A stretch of 64,000 nucleotides of DNA from Fistulifera solaris (GCA_030295235.1 AP026134.1:682001-746000), one strand, 5' to 3'. Positions 22,543 to 34,715 are shown, counted from the first letter of the stretch. Translations and numbers: made by a program. Notes: generated by a model not told the origin, from the sequence alone.

Positions 22543-25428
22543 CTAGTATTGCATCTCAAGGATAGCCAATTGGCATGTCGTTTCCATGATGGACTTTTAG
22601 GTCATCAGGGCCAAGTACAGACTCAATTTTGTCCTTCTCACTGGAAACAATATTCAATAATTCGATGCCCCGCTTCGCCCAATATTTTGGCGATACGGCA
22701 GAATCCAAACCTGCACTCGTCTCGTCCAAGATTTGTAGTGCCGTCTGACGCTTCTGTTCCAATTGCAGGGTTAGATCGTCCAAAGACGCGGCCATCCATT
22801 CCGCAGTCGACGAGCATACGCTCTGATACAACTTGACGATACCAGGGATGAGATTCGATCGCAGGGTTCCGAGCTCGAGAAGACGCTTCGTATCAGCATC
22901 GTTCTCGAGCACTACCTCGTCCTCCGTAACAAGCCAACCGCCGGGATGTTCCAGAACCTCACGAAGAGCTGACTGAGCGGCATTGGCAGCCGATACAACG
23001 TTGCCACTCACGTCGCGTTTTTGCGATATTAACTGACGGTGTTTCTCCCTTCGTGCAATTTCAAGCTCCTTACTGTTCAACCTGCTTTCATCAAAGAGTA
23101 AGTACCGACAGATGTCGTTGTCGAGGAAGTTGTTTTGACATAGTTCCATTGGTTGTAAGCATTCAATGCATTGAAGTATGCCTTAAATGCGATAAATTCA
23201 GAATGGGCTTGTTTCATTCGTAGTCGTTTTACTTCTTGATCGACAGCAGTAACTTCAACCGCTTCTAGAATCTCAACAAATTTGGACACGTTGTCAAGAA
23301 TGTCAATTGGAAGATTGTCGATAAAGGTATTGGCGCTGATCGTTTTCTCAGCAAGAAGAAACTGACGCAGCAAATGATTTGCAGCAACCAAGGCCTCGCC
23401 GCAATGTCGATCGTCAAAGTTGAGCCAGTCCACGGCCTTCATCTTGAGGTAATCATTTGGGGTTACATTTTTCGGGTCTACCGATTCGTCTTCTTCCTCG
23501 AAAATGATAGAAACAACTCGCTTCAGAACATCCGAGTCCCAGTCGTTACCAGGAAGAAGTTCACGAAGTTGGCGGACGACAACTTCTCTTTCCTGCGGGC
23601 TTTCAATAGATGTCAAGTACATTGGAAGTGATTCAAAAATAAAGGTTTCCGGGAGGAGAGAAGCGTACAATACAATCATGTACCAAAGATCTTCGCGGGA
23701 GGCAAGATGTTCCACATAACGGCTCAACAACTCATTCTTCCAATCAGTAGAGCCGTCTATTGTTGTCTGATTGATCGAAGAAGAGAAGGAATCCATGTAA
23801 AGAGCTATGTGTGTCAGGAATCGGAGACTGGGATCGTCTACTACCTTGCTCATGGCTTCCGACATGAACTGCGATATAGATTCTCTGCCAATGACAAAAC
23901 TAGCGATTGCACGTTCGGTAATATCAGTACCCTGCATGCATTCAAAAGGGGCGGTCTTAAGAATCTGAATGGCATCCGTTTCATTCCATCCAGCGACTTC
24001 AGTAGTGCTCCTCAAATAAGCTGATTCGACTTCCTCATGTTCTGCAACTGGAAAGTAGGGTATCATTCGACGGCGATTGTTATTGCGAAGATGCAACAAA
24101 TCGTCTTCGGTGCGATCCAGCATCGCTCGAATGGTCGCGTAAAGGCCATGTTGCCAGGTTCGACACGAAGCATTGCTTAGCGCCACAGATAGATTCGATG
24201 AGAGCAGCGCCGATATTGCGATTTCATCAGCTAAGCCACCCTTCTGCTCGGAAAGCTTTTGCGCTTGAATCCACATCATTCGCTTCCAAAGAAAACGACG
24301 CGGATTGCCCGTCGATGCACCGTCCTCGGGCGCGCCACCACCCCAAACGGCAGCTCTCCAAGGAATGCCACTATCTCGGGCTAATGATTTCGCATCAGTG
24401 AGACGACCAGAAAGAATGAGCCCCAAGGCGTTTTTCAGTATTTCTGCATCTTTGTCTGTTTCTGGTAAGCCTTCCCGTGTAAGCTTGGCATTGAGAAGGT
24501 ACTTTGTCTTGCGCGGACGTGTGGCGTCGTCGGGCAATACATCTTCAAAGCATTTCTCTAACCATGTGAGAATGCGCTGACGTCGCTTTAAGACCAATGG
24601 ACAACCTGTCCCGTGGCAGAAAAGTGCATCCAAGAGTTCCTTATCACTGCGTTGGATGAAACTAGCTTGGCTTTCCAGATACGATGAAATAATGTTGTTG
24701 TAGCTATGCAAAGCCGAGTAACTGTCATCCCAAAGCAGCGAGGTAGTTCCTTGTTGACGCAAGAAATACAGAAGCAACCAGAAGTTCCCTTCCTTACGAA
24801 AGGAGTCATCGACCGCGTTAGTAGATCGATCCCAACAGGCATAGTTCAATGCACGGAGGAAATCCAATTCAACCTGCGTTTCGTCCTTGATCAATTTTTG
24901 GTCGACTTGCAAGTCCGATCCTTCATTCTCCTCGGCAATTATCATGGCGTCTTGAAGAAGTTCGGCTTTTTCGTTTTGTAAAGCCAGGCGCTCACTCAAG
25001 CGGCGACGATCGCGAAGATAGGTTAGAGAGGCATCGTAGTATCGCTTATAATCCGTGTGCGAGCTTTGGAAGGAAGGGTTGCTGCGACGAACAATAGGAG
25101 TCGTATCTGTTACTGATCGAGATACCCACGGAGATTGAATAGGAACGTAGTCATCCTCATCATCCATCTTGTCGTCCTCCGTCCAATTCGGATCCGAGTT
25201 CATACTAGCAGCTGGCGTACCCATACGCTTTAGTAAGCTCAGTGCGGGTGTCGCGGGAGCAGGAGTAAAGCTGACATGTCGATCATTTGTATCTTCTTCC
25301 ATCAGGTACCGATTCGTATCCTCTTCAAAGCTACGACGTGCTCGGCGTTCCGTGTGTTCGAAACGAGGTGATTGCCAACGGTCAATCTCAGCCGAGATCT
25401 TGGCTGCTTCGTCTTCGTAGTCCATCAT
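22543..25428 (-). CDS. NUP107: Nuclear pore complex protein Nup107/Nup84
   Basis: ILTWLE, LILSGRLTDAKSLARDSGIPWRAA, GNPRRFLWKRM, CRTWQHGLYA, LRFLTHIALY, KMKAVDWL. Frameshifts near 23140 and 22597. Confidence 0.85.
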
Positions 25429-25644
25429 GTCAGAACTATGTCGACAGTTAGATTAAGGAGTGCAGTTTCCTTGAGATGTAAAAGTACTGGTATATTAGAA
25501 GAATGGATGCTTTGGTAAGTGTTTTGGGCAGGTCCATGGTCGCATAGATTGCGTGTCGCGCGCACCCGTCGGTGTTTTGCGATTTGCGATTGTCTGCTGG
25601 AGGTGGACAGAAGGACAGGCTGGGGACACCATTCTCGACTGTAT

Positions 25645-25792
25645 TTGTCATGAGGTCATGAGTCATGAGTGCTACGTAGTGAAGTCATAAAATTGATACT
25701 CCAGATAGAACAATTTGACTGTATAGTGCGTAGGAAAGACAAACACGGAGGAGTCATGAGTCCTTAACGAGTCACGAACCACTGAGTCACAT
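25645..25792. promoter_or_regulatory. Cluster of TCATGAG/TGAGTCA (AP-1-like) elements in a divergent promoter
   Basis: gtcatgaggtcatgagtcatgagt, gagtcatgagtc, gagtcacg and tgagtcac occur within about 150 bp between the NUP107 start and the next gene. Confidence 0.45.
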
Positions 25793-25910
25793 CCAAAGTT
25801 CGTTCCATTTTTTTTCTTTTTCTTGCACATCGCAGCTCGCATTGATTGGGCTACTGTATCGTCTGAGCTAGTTGCAATCACCATTTTCACCAAGCAAGAT
25901 AAGATTACGA

Positions 25911-27026
25911 ATGAGTGCGGCTGAAGATCTAGCGCGGTTGGTTCGAGGGGGAGAAGCAGAACACGAAAAGTTCAGCTCTTTGCTGGACGACCTCGGGAAG
26001 AAGATTGAGAAGAAGAAAGTTCGAGTTGGAGACGTTGCAACGATGATCAAGAGTCTATCTGCAGCTGAGAGGCATTTTCGTTCTCAGAAGAGAAAAGGTT
26101 CTGATCCGAACACATGGAATACTCTATTGACGCGCTCACAACAGTTCTTGAAACTTGCACAAGAAATGAACACATTGGAAGTGCCCACAAACCGGGAAGA
26201 AGAGGATAACTCAGCAGACGGTGAGAATAGTTTGCCGAAAAATATTTCTCAGTATTTGAATCGGTTGAAAAGAGACAAGAAAGAACTGTACAAAAACCCT
26301 CCGGTGCTTCCTCCTCCCAAGATCGTCATGGAGGAAACGTCTGTGAAGTCACCGTCCCGCGACGCGAAAACAGGTCGATTGACTTTTCTAGCCGGAAAAG
26401 ACTCTTCTTTGAAAAAAGTATTGAAAGACTTTCATCCCAATCAAACTCCTGCAGAAGTACTTCGTGGTGGTGGCTTCGGAGGAACATACTTTCGGACCAT
26501 TAAATCTTCGGTCAACAACAAGACATACAACGGAAACGAAGTATTGGCCGATACTATCCCCGAAGACTGGATCAAAGGATTAGATAAGAAACGAATGTTA
26601 ACTTCCTCAACCTATAAAGTTGACGTTAATCGTTACGGGGTTAAGTGTGGTGGTTCTCTCGGGATGTGGGAGGTAAGTATCTGCTTTTGAGCACGACATG
26701 CGATTCATGATTCAACTAACGATCAATCCTGCTGTACTCAGAGCTCAGGTTGGATCTCGGACATAGATCCTTATGGGTGGTTCCAATGGTACTGTCGGTT
26801 CTATCAAGGTCGAAGGTGTTCGGACGATGCTAGACAAATATCTCGATGGCTTGGGGTTGCTGGCCCGAAAGGTCGCTTTCGAAGTCAACTTTGTAATAAA
26901 ATTCTCAGCGCAAATACATCCGTCGACGATGCAGCAATATCTCCCGTCATCCGCCAGACTCTTTTTCATTGGGGTCTTTCGATAACCAATGATATTTTGG
27001 AGGAGCACAAGAAGCGCAATAAATAA
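25911..27026 (+). CDS. Conserved uncharacterised protein (FGGTYFR / DPYGWFQWYCRFY family)
   Basis: PNQTPAEVLRGGGFGGTYFR, NRYGVKCG, GWISDIDPYGWFQWYCRFYQGRR. Intron 26673-26741 with CTAAC branch point. Confidence 0.85.
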
Positions 27027-27986
27027 GACAGGCCGCCGAATTCACAAAACTATTTAAATAAGTACGCATGTTAAAAAATACGCCTTCACTTGTAATATGT
27101 ACATTGAGCAACATAAAAGGTGTGAAACATATTATTAGCCTCTAGAGAGCTAGCCCGAAACCCGATTGAGTCGCGAGTAAGGTTTGTTGTCGGGTCAAAG
27201 ATACATGATGAACTGATGAAAATCATCATCGTCGTCGTCGTCATTAATCATCAATTACAAAACATTGTAAGGAAATTTGCCTAAAATAATACTATGCTGT
27301 TGACTACACAATTAATCGTTAATCAAGTTGGTTGTGGAGCTCGCTAGGACTTCGGATGTCAGAGCGGTATCTTGCAAAGTTCATCATTCTATGTCTTACG
27401 TCACACATTCTATCGTCGACTTAGCGACGTCTTTCCTCCACATGAGTGAAAGTACAGAAGCTTAGTCACATCCTCACCTTATGCACAAAAGGCATATTGT
27501 TATTCCATCCGCCAGACCCGCGCAGCCATCTGTTCGAATCTGTGGCGAAGCTGGTCGTGGTCTCAAATTCGCTTCCTCTCATGATGCACGTAGCGTAACA
27601 CTCACAATTAATTGATCATTTTACTCTTGGCTCTTGGCAGCTTTGGTGCGTGTCGGGTGTTCGATCAAATAATTGAAAGTTATCTTTACCGTTCCGACGT
27701 TAGACCTTTCAAAATTGAGCAATCATTTCCATTCCGCCTACTCAATCAAAGTCATTCCAGCGCGGTTCTTGTTTGACATTTAAATGGGGTGGTTAAAAGC
27801 ACGTTTTATGATATGATTTCGTCACATTTTTGAAACATAATGATGTCTCGATCAATGACACCAATATCCAAAAGCAAGTGCAACAACAAACAAAAATTGA
27901 AAATACTATTGAAGAAAGACAGCAGTTCTATAACAAGCAACTGCTAGAAAGCCACGCTGCGCTTCTATTCCAAGCCTCTCATTGAA

Positions 27987-28385
27987 ATGATTCATTTATT
28001 GCAGGCAATCGGGTTTACGATTTTCTGGCTGATCAATGCGCGAGTCGTTTTTCAGTTGGTGCCGGTCAAGCATGTTGTCATGTTTTCGTTCCGACAAGAA
28101 GTGACTCGAAGTGAAATCAGAAAGGTCGAGCAAGCGCTCTTAAATCTACCAAAAGAAATATCACAAATTCAAGAATTCGAACTGGGGAGTGACTTGAAGC
28201 TGATTGCTGGGCAGATACATCCATCAGGAAAGAATCGAGACTTGTACTGGTCGGCAACCTTTAGTTGCGCATCGGATTATAAAAAATATGATCGGCATCC
28301 CGCTCATGTGGCATTTCTGCAGACATTAAAGCCTCTCATTTTGCCGGGGTCACGCGCAGCGATTCAGTATAAGATTCCGCAGTGA
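27987..28385 (+). CDS. Stress-responsive A/B barrel (Dabb) protein
   Basis: VKHVVMFSF, LLNLPKEI, ELGSD, F...DYKKYDRHPAHVAF. Confidence 0.85.
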   Translation: MIHLLQAIGFTIFWLINARVVFQLVPVKHVVMFSFRQEVTRSEIRKVEQALLNLPKEISQIQEFELGSDLKLIAGQIHPSGKNRDLYWSATFSCASDYKKYDRHPAHVAFLQTLKPLILPGSRAAIQYKIPQ

Positions 28386-28594
28386 CGCATTCGGGACGTG
28401 AGTATTGCATGATGTCGATCACTGCTTTTCTGTTTTATCTTCGTTAAACACTGTCGTGCTTTTGAGTCGTCTAAGATAGAATGCCTCTTCGACGGATAAG
28501 ATGAATACTAAGCGTCTCTTGATGCAAGTTGTACTTGTGTTCGTGTATTAAAAAAGTAAAAGTTGTAAAGTTCAATCAATCGTTCATAATCTGG

Positions 28595-30145
28595 TTAGAT
28601 GTAAGAGGACGACTCGTCCCCATCCCCAGTTGATTCTTCCACAGGATCAGGTAGAGATATCTGCTGCCAAGCCTGAATGGTTCCGGGTGAAAATGTATGC
28701 CCAAAACGTTGCTCGGCCATGACAAGGAGATTGTCTAGATTCGATTGGGCTCCAACGCTGATGTGTTCGTACAAAGACGGAGCACTACGAGAGGGGAAGT
28801 TGCGCGAGTAATGACCGCGCTCAATCGTCGTAGCGACAGGTGGAACACTGCCGTTACTAAAATTAGCATAGTGGTCAGGTACGAAGACAATATCTCTCTT
28901 TGCTCGTTCCTTGAATGCCATATCAACGCGTCTGCTGCTGTTGTGACACGATAGACGGCGCATCTCTGCTCCCAAGGTTTTTGGTATAAACGAGTGACGT
29001 TCAAAGAGTTCGCGGGTGCGGGCCTTTCTGCTCTTCACCTCGTCTTTTGCTTTCATTGCTGGCGCGCCCAAATGACTTTGCGAATGCGCACGACGCTCAG
29101 CACCCGGTGGAGATCCATGTGTTTTCATAGAATGTAGCATCTGACTGATGCGTAGACGCAACTCTGACTTCTCCTTCTCCAATCGAACTATGCGTTTGAC
29201 TAGATTCTCGTGCGCTTGCGCCCCTGTATATTCAGTTTTCAACGCTTTCAATCGACTCTTGTCTCTCTGCAACTTGATGCTATCATCGCCACTTTCTCCC
29301 GAACGCGAATGGGATATGCTGGAGACGGTGGGAGATATCTTGCATTCCGGCTGGTCATTCAATCGAAGTCCTTTGTCAGCGAAGGGTGTAGGCATTAGCT
29401 CGTTCTCGTGCGATTGTATATCTAGGTTTTCTTTTTCAGCCGGTCGACCACCAAGGACGCATTGTAATCGAAACAGATTTTTGATGAAAGACGCCTCGAA
29501 GTCATGCGAAGACTGCGCATAGAACTTTTCCCGCTGTGAGATCCAGAAATACTTGTCCTTCCTCAATATCTGAGCCAATTCCTCTTTGCAATCCCCAGCT
29601 CGATCGCAATTGATTTCATAGGGAAGTCGACCATATCGATCTGTTTCATCAATTGTCTCGGGTGCAACAATCAACAGCATCGAGACCGTGTCTAGTTTCG
29701 CGTTATGACGCAAGGCTTCGTGAAGCGGAAGCTGCAGCTTGTGATCCCGATGTGTGCAGCCACCCGGAAACGCCAGCGCCAGGTGCTTCACCAATCTCTC
29801 GAGCTGAATACAAGAAGGATCATTGTTATCGTCAAATGATAACAGAGCTGAGCATGCGATATGAATGGGTAGCTGCCGAGTCTGAAGCGAGCCATGTTTC
29901 GTATTGCCGACGACCCAGATGGACGCTTCCCGTGGAGTCGTTTTCAGACGACGCAAAGCAGCTTCGTATTTGCGATTCAAAATCAAGCGACCGAGAAAAG
30001 TAGGGGTCAAGTTGCTACGCCTAGCTCGTGAGTTCTTTCTCTTGACAGTTTTCTGCGTGTCGCTTTCGCTTCGACGGGGGTAGTTAGGAGAGACTTCGTC
30101 GACATCCTGTCGTCGTATGCATCCGACGGCTCGAGCCGTTTCCAT
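28595..30145 (-). CDS. Ankyrin-like repeat and coiled-coil hypothetical protein
   Basis: QLPIHIAC, QLPLHEALRH, GRLPYEI degenerate ankyrin units; coiled coil IVRLEKEKSELRLRI; 516-codon uninterrupted ORF. Confidence 0.65.
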   Translation of the reverse strand: METARAVGCIRRQDVDEVSPNYPRRSESDTQKTVKRKNSRARRSNLTPTFLGRLILNRKYEAALRRLKTTPREASIWVVGNTKHGSLQTRQLPIHIACSALLSFDDNNDPSCIQLERLVKHLALAFPGGCTHRDHKLQLPLHEALRHNAKLDTVSMLLIVAPETIDETDRYGRLPYEINCDRAGDCKEELAQILRKDKYFWISQREKFYAQSSHDFEASFIKNLFRLQCVLGGRPAEKENLDIQSHENELMPTPFADKGLRLNDQPECKISPTVSSISHSRSGESGDDSIKLQRDKSRLKALKTEYTGAQAHENLVKRIVRLEKEKSELRLRISQMLHSMKTHGSPPGAERRAHSQSHLGAPAMKAKDEVKSRKARTRELFERHSFIPKTLGAEMRRLSCHNSSRRVDMAFKERAKRDIVFVPDHYANFSNGSVPPVATTIERGHYSRNFPSRSAPSLYEHISVGAQSNLDNLLVMAEQRFGHTFSPGTIQAWQQISLPDPVEESTGDGDESSSYI

Positions 30146-30650
30146 GAGTCTTTGTGAAAGGAACGGGGAATGAGGCAGCTCATGTTATGCCCTAATTACT
30201 CTCGTAAGGAAAGGCAGGCAATGGGAGTGCGAGGTCGCTGCGTTGTGTCTTTGTTCTCGCAGGATTTTTCGTCGACAAACGGATCTTTTTCTTCACATCC
30301 ATCGTCGTGTTCCATCTGGGAACGTCAAAAAAAGAAAAGGCGCCAAAATGTTTCCCGAGTCCCGAGTCCTTCTGGAACTTCTAAAACAAAGGAGTGTCCA
30401 GAAAACCTGGGAGTGTTTTGTTCTACGTTTTACCCCTACAAAGTATACAAAGTATATAGACACTCCTTTGCTTCTAAAATCCGTCTATTTGGTAACTTGA
30501 ACCTTAACAGGTACAGGATGTGTGCGTCCTTTCGTCGACGGGACGAATGCCACTGACCTCAAACAACAGCATGCAACGCGCGACTTCATTTTACCTTTGA
30601 AGAACGCTCCTGAATTACGCTCCATATTTATCCAGAAACAACTAAATATA

Positions 30651-31454
30651 ATGAATCAGCTTTCCGTCAAATTCGCGCGAGCGCTGACATTTGGCCAGTT
30701 TTCACGCCGGGCACTGAGCAGTGCCGCACCTGAACCGGTAGCTTTTCTTCGCCTCAATACTCTTCAGGACAATCCCGGTGCAGTTCATAAGAAGCGTCGA
30801 GTTGGTCGTGGTATCGGTTCATCCAAGGGTAAGACATCTGGTCGAGGTCATAAGGGTCAGAAAGCGCGTTCTGGCGGCAATATTCACCCTAGTTTTGAGG
30901 GCGGTCAAACAAAGTTTTACAAACTTGTCCCCAAGCGCGGATTTAACAATAAAGAACACGAAGCAACTATGGTACCATTGAATGTCGGAACACTTCAAAT
31001 GTATATTGATATGGGACGTATTGATCCGAATAAGGAGGAAATTACGCTTTATGACTTGCAAAAAGCTGGACTTTTCAAGGCGAACGCAGTGAAGCATGGC
31101 GTGAAGTTGCTCGGAGATGAAAAAGCATGCCCATTGCAGCAGCCAGTTCATTTGAAGGTAAGCCGTGCCTCGAAATCAGCCATTGATGCAGTCGAAAAGG
31201 CAGGTGGTACTGTCACAACCGTTCACTACAATCGACTGGCGTTGCGCGCCCTCATGCGCCCGGAAAAGTTTGATCAAGTACCGCGCTTTGCTCGACCACC
31301 ACCGAAATACCAACCTTACTACACGAGCTGGGGTAACCGAGGCTATTTAAATCCACAAGTGCAAATCCGAAATTGGTTGCGAAAGAATCCCGCGCTGGAA
31401 GAAAAATTTGATTCACTCATGAAAAAATTCCAGAAAAAGCAGGAAGAGTCTTAA
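30651..31454 (+). CDS. MRPL15: Mitochondrial ribosomal protein uL15m
   Basis: Presequence, then LQDNPGA...RVGRGIGSSKGKTSGRGHKGQKAR...FEGGQT...PKRGF. Confidence 0.95.
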   Translation: MNQLSVKFARALTFGQFSRRALSSAAPEPVAFLRLNTLQDNPGAVHKKRRVGRGIGSSKGKTSGRGHKGQKARSGGNIHPSFEGGQTKFYKLVPKRGFNNKEHEATMVPLNVGTLQMYIDMGRIDPNKEEITLYDLQKAGLFKANAVKHGVKLLGDEKACPLQQPVHLKVSRASKSAIDAVEKAGGTVTTVHYNRLALRALMRPEKFDQVPRFARPPPKYQPYYTSWGNRGYLNPQVQIRNWLRKNPALEEKFDSLMKKFQKKQEES

Positions 31455-31918
31455 TGTTATTATAACAGCGCACGTTAGTAAATAGCTAAGTTAACTGCGG
31501 CTGCGTTGTTTCGGGAGAAGATATGAATTACTTCGATTGCGTTTGACACATTGCATTTAAAGTAGCTATCTTACAGTATCGTTTCAAATGTACCGTAGGT
31601 TTTACTTAAGTCCGACTCAATGGATGATCAGTCCCGGGTTTTTCGAGTCGTCATTTTTTTTGTTGTTGTTTCTTGACGATAAAACCAAACCTTTGATAAA
31701 ACACTCGTTGCTGCTTCCACCTTTCAGCCCAAGTGTCGTTTGGCTACCAAGCCCCTTCCAGTATAGAGACAAGCTTGAATGGTCTCAAAAAGATCTGGAG
31801 TGTATGGATGTGACGATTGCATAGTGCGCCTATTGTACTCAAATTGGCGTGTTATCCGGTTCTTCTGCTTCAACCTCATCGACCGAGAGTCACTTCTGAT
31901 CAACTCTTTCAGGATACA

Positions 31919-33337
31919 ATGCGACTCTTCTCATTTCGTAGAATGCAGTCTCAGTTGATGAGGCGGCAGGATGTTGCGCGACCTATCTGCTATCATCTTT
32001 TGTTCCGGCATTTTACCGACAAAAACAAAACTTTGAACCAGCCAAAAGTTACAAATCCTGACGATGAGATCCTCCGCAATCTTCAGGGAGTTTCATTACA
32101 GCCACCAGCAGGCGCCTTGTGGCGTCATGATGATTTCAAAGTCAATTCGGTCGATGCTTTGTCGGAATATCATCAGCACGTTTCTTAGAACGAATTCATT
32201 CCTCAAGTGCCGTTGCACAAGGACGATGGTCGATCCCGAAAACGAGTTCTCATGTTGTGCACTGGGGGTACTCTCACTATGGATCAAGACGAAGATGGAG
32301 CATTGGCACCGGTGGAGGGTGCGTTGTCTAAGTATATGAAGGAAATGCATGAGTTGCAGGCTCCTCAAATGCCCGAAGTCGTCTTACATGAGTACTCTCC
32401 CTTTCTTGATTCATCTGATTTGGGACCAGCGGACTGGGCACGGATAGCGCAAGACATTCGCGTGAACTACCTACATTTCGATGGCTTTGTGATTATCATG
32501 GGGACGGATACCATGGCATACGCAGCTACTGCCTTGTCTTTCATGTTAGAGAATCTCGGCAAACCCGTTGTTTTTACAGGAAGTCAAATTCCTCTCTGCG
32601 AGCCATAAAATGATGCCAGACGTAATTTGATCATGGCACTCATCTTTGCTAGTCGCGATACAATCAACGAAGTAACAATTTTCTTTCACGATCGGTTGTT
32701 GCGAGCAAATCGAGCCACCAAAGTCAATACGCATCGACTCATGGCATTTGATTCACCAAATATTGACCCTTTGGCCACCATTGGAATATCCATTGATGAG
32801 AATGAGCATTTAATTTTACCGCCAGCCAAAGGAGCGTTGCGACTGCATACAAGGATGGACACCCGCATCTTAACGGTTCGCTTGGTGCCTGGATTCGATG
32901 ACGCCATGCTCCGGCAGCTGATTGAAATCAGCAAAGAAGAGAAGAAGCTACGTGCTCTGATCCTACAGCGTTACGGAACCGGTAATATACCAAGTGTCAA
33001 ACAATCACTGATTCAGTTGCTCGCGGATGCATCAGATCAAGGGATACTCGTCATGGCTTCGACACAGTGCTATACAGGCTCCGTACTTCTAGGACACTAT
33101 GCCGTCGGCAAAGCACTAGAATCCGCTGGGGTAGTAAGTGCAAGCGATATGACGCTGGAGGCCATTGCGTGTAAGATAGCATATTTGTTCGGTCGCGGTG
33201 ACCTGAATCACAAAGAAGTTGCGTCCCTGATGGGTGTTTCACTTCGAGGTGAGATGACACCCGCTGAAGCCTTGAGTCCCCCACCGCTATCGTCGGCCTA
33301 TCAGAGAGGAATGAAGAAAGGGAAAAAGTATTACTGA
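31919..33337 (+). pseudogene. ansA: Type I L-asparaginase (AnsA-like) interrupted by two in-frame stop codons
   Basis: TGGTLTM, LDSSD, GTDTMAY, KPVVFTGSQIP, RANRATK, YGTGN, SDMTLEA all lie in one frame, with TAG at 32186-32188 and TAA at 32606-32608. The family call is secure; pseudogene status is not. Confidence 0.6.
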
Positions 33338-33428
33338 ATTCCTAATTGATATAAAGTTTTGATTGAACAGAAAATTATTCTTGAATGCCCTTTCTAAACG
33401 CAGAAGAGTCATGATTCAACTGAAGAAT

Positions 33429-34715
33429 TTACAGGCCTCGTCGTCCTTCGGAAAAAAGTGTTTGACACTCTTGCTCCCATGCTAAGCATCCGAGTGGATC
33501 CTCGAAGAAGCAATTGGCATCACCATTCACCCAGCAACATTTAGCAGGCTCACAGAGGTCAGTGCAGCTTTTAAACGAAGCATGTTGCTGCATTTGCTCT
33601 TTCGAATAGAGCTCGGACAAAGCCTTGTGTTCCCCGCATGCCGAAACGACTTCTTCGGTTACTTTGGGTAGCTGATTGTACTGTGGCGCCAACTGAATGC
33701 TCGTCGTCGTAACGTTGGTGCACGCAGCATACGTTAAGCATGAGATAAAATCCAACTGTAAGCAAGTAGAAGAAGGATTTCCGCAGCACTCTGCTTTTCG
33801 ACATGCTTGCGTACAACTCGGTTGTTGCCACAGGCATTGCACATCGAGATCGTCGGGTGCTGTTTCTAAAATGTTTGGACGTTCGGGTCGCAAGTTCTGA
33901 CACGGAGCATAGTCCAAACAAATGTCGAAACTTTCTGCCATACAGTTGTCCGGACCTTTCGAGTAGCAGCAGGCCACATCCTCACAAAGCGACTCGCATG
34001 ACACCGGATCCTTGTCTAGATTTTCGAAACTACAGAGAACGGATAAGGTGGCAGGTGCCGGTTCAATCGATACCGTTCGTTCGTTTCCATTTTCACTCTT
34101 TTGATGCAATTCGTATTCCCCGACAGCTTGGCATCTCGAATAAGACACACAGCCCCTCAGTTCCTTGTCGAGCGAGCAGTTGGTCAAATCCATGGTTCGG
34201 TTCGCTCCCCAGCCGCCATTGTCAGCGTTCTCTGTAATATTACGTGTGATATTCTTCATGGCATCGTACTCGCCAAAGGGATCACAGCACTCGAAGAATT
34301 GAGGTAAGCAGTATTGTTGACAGCGCTGCCCGTCATCTTCGTTGTAAGTGCCGCGGGCACACGCGGCGTTGATCGTGGCCTTTTCCTCGTTGAAGGTGGC
34401 GTTTTCGTCAATCACTGGAGCAGCCGGGGCGTTGTCACTGGTCTCTGAGAAGAAGTAATGCTGCATGAGCATCGATAATGCGATCATGAAGCCGAGCATC
34501 AGCACGAATGTCATAAAAATGCAGCACCATTTTTTCATTTTGGAGTCTTCGCGCATATTCGCAGTCGAGTATTTGAATTGACGACGAGGTTGCTCTTCGG
34601 GGAGCGGATTCTCGTAGTTATTATGTAAAGGTTCATCATGAAATTGATCGTCATCGACGTAATGTACGTTGTCGTCATCTTCATCTGCAGTGGGTCTGTC
34701 TCCTCGTCGTGGCAT
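33429..34715 (-). CDS. Type II membrane protein with cysteine-rich (CxxxCxxxxCC) extracellular repeats
   Basis: Acidic N-terminus, one TM helix (WCCIFMTFVLMLGFMIALSMLM), four repeats such as CESLCEDVACCY...CLDYAPC, several N-glycosylation sequons. Confidence 0.8.
   Translation of the reverse strand: MPRRGDRPTADEDDDNVHYVDDDQFHDEPLHNNYENPLPEEQPRRQFKYSTANMREDSKMKKWCCIFMTFVLMLGFMIALSMLMQHYFFSETSDNAPAAPVIDENATFNEEKATINAACARGTYNEDDGQRCQQYCLPQFFECCDPFGEYDAMKNITRNITENADNGGWGANRTMDLTNCSLDKELRGCVSYSRCQAVGEYELHQKSENGNERTVSIEPAPATLSVLCSFENLDKDPVSCESLCEDVACCYSKGPDNCMAESFDICLDYAPCQNLRPERPNILETAPDDLDVQCLWQQPSCTQACRKAECCGNPSSTCLQLDFISCLTYAACTNVTTTSIQLAPQYNQLPKVTEEVVSACGEHKALSELYSKEQMQQHASFKSCTDLCEPAKCCWVNGDANCFFEDPLGCLAWEQECQTLFSEGRRGL

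Noticed and set aside
27220..27255. (ATC)n(GTC)n tract, and similarly the TCAT-type repeats near 56777-56797
   Set aside because: Ordinary short microsatellites.
32186..32608. Alternative genetic code with TAA/TAG reassigned
   Set aside because: TAA and TAG end many conserved genes in this window at the expected positions (L33, eIF2beta, HSP10, L15).
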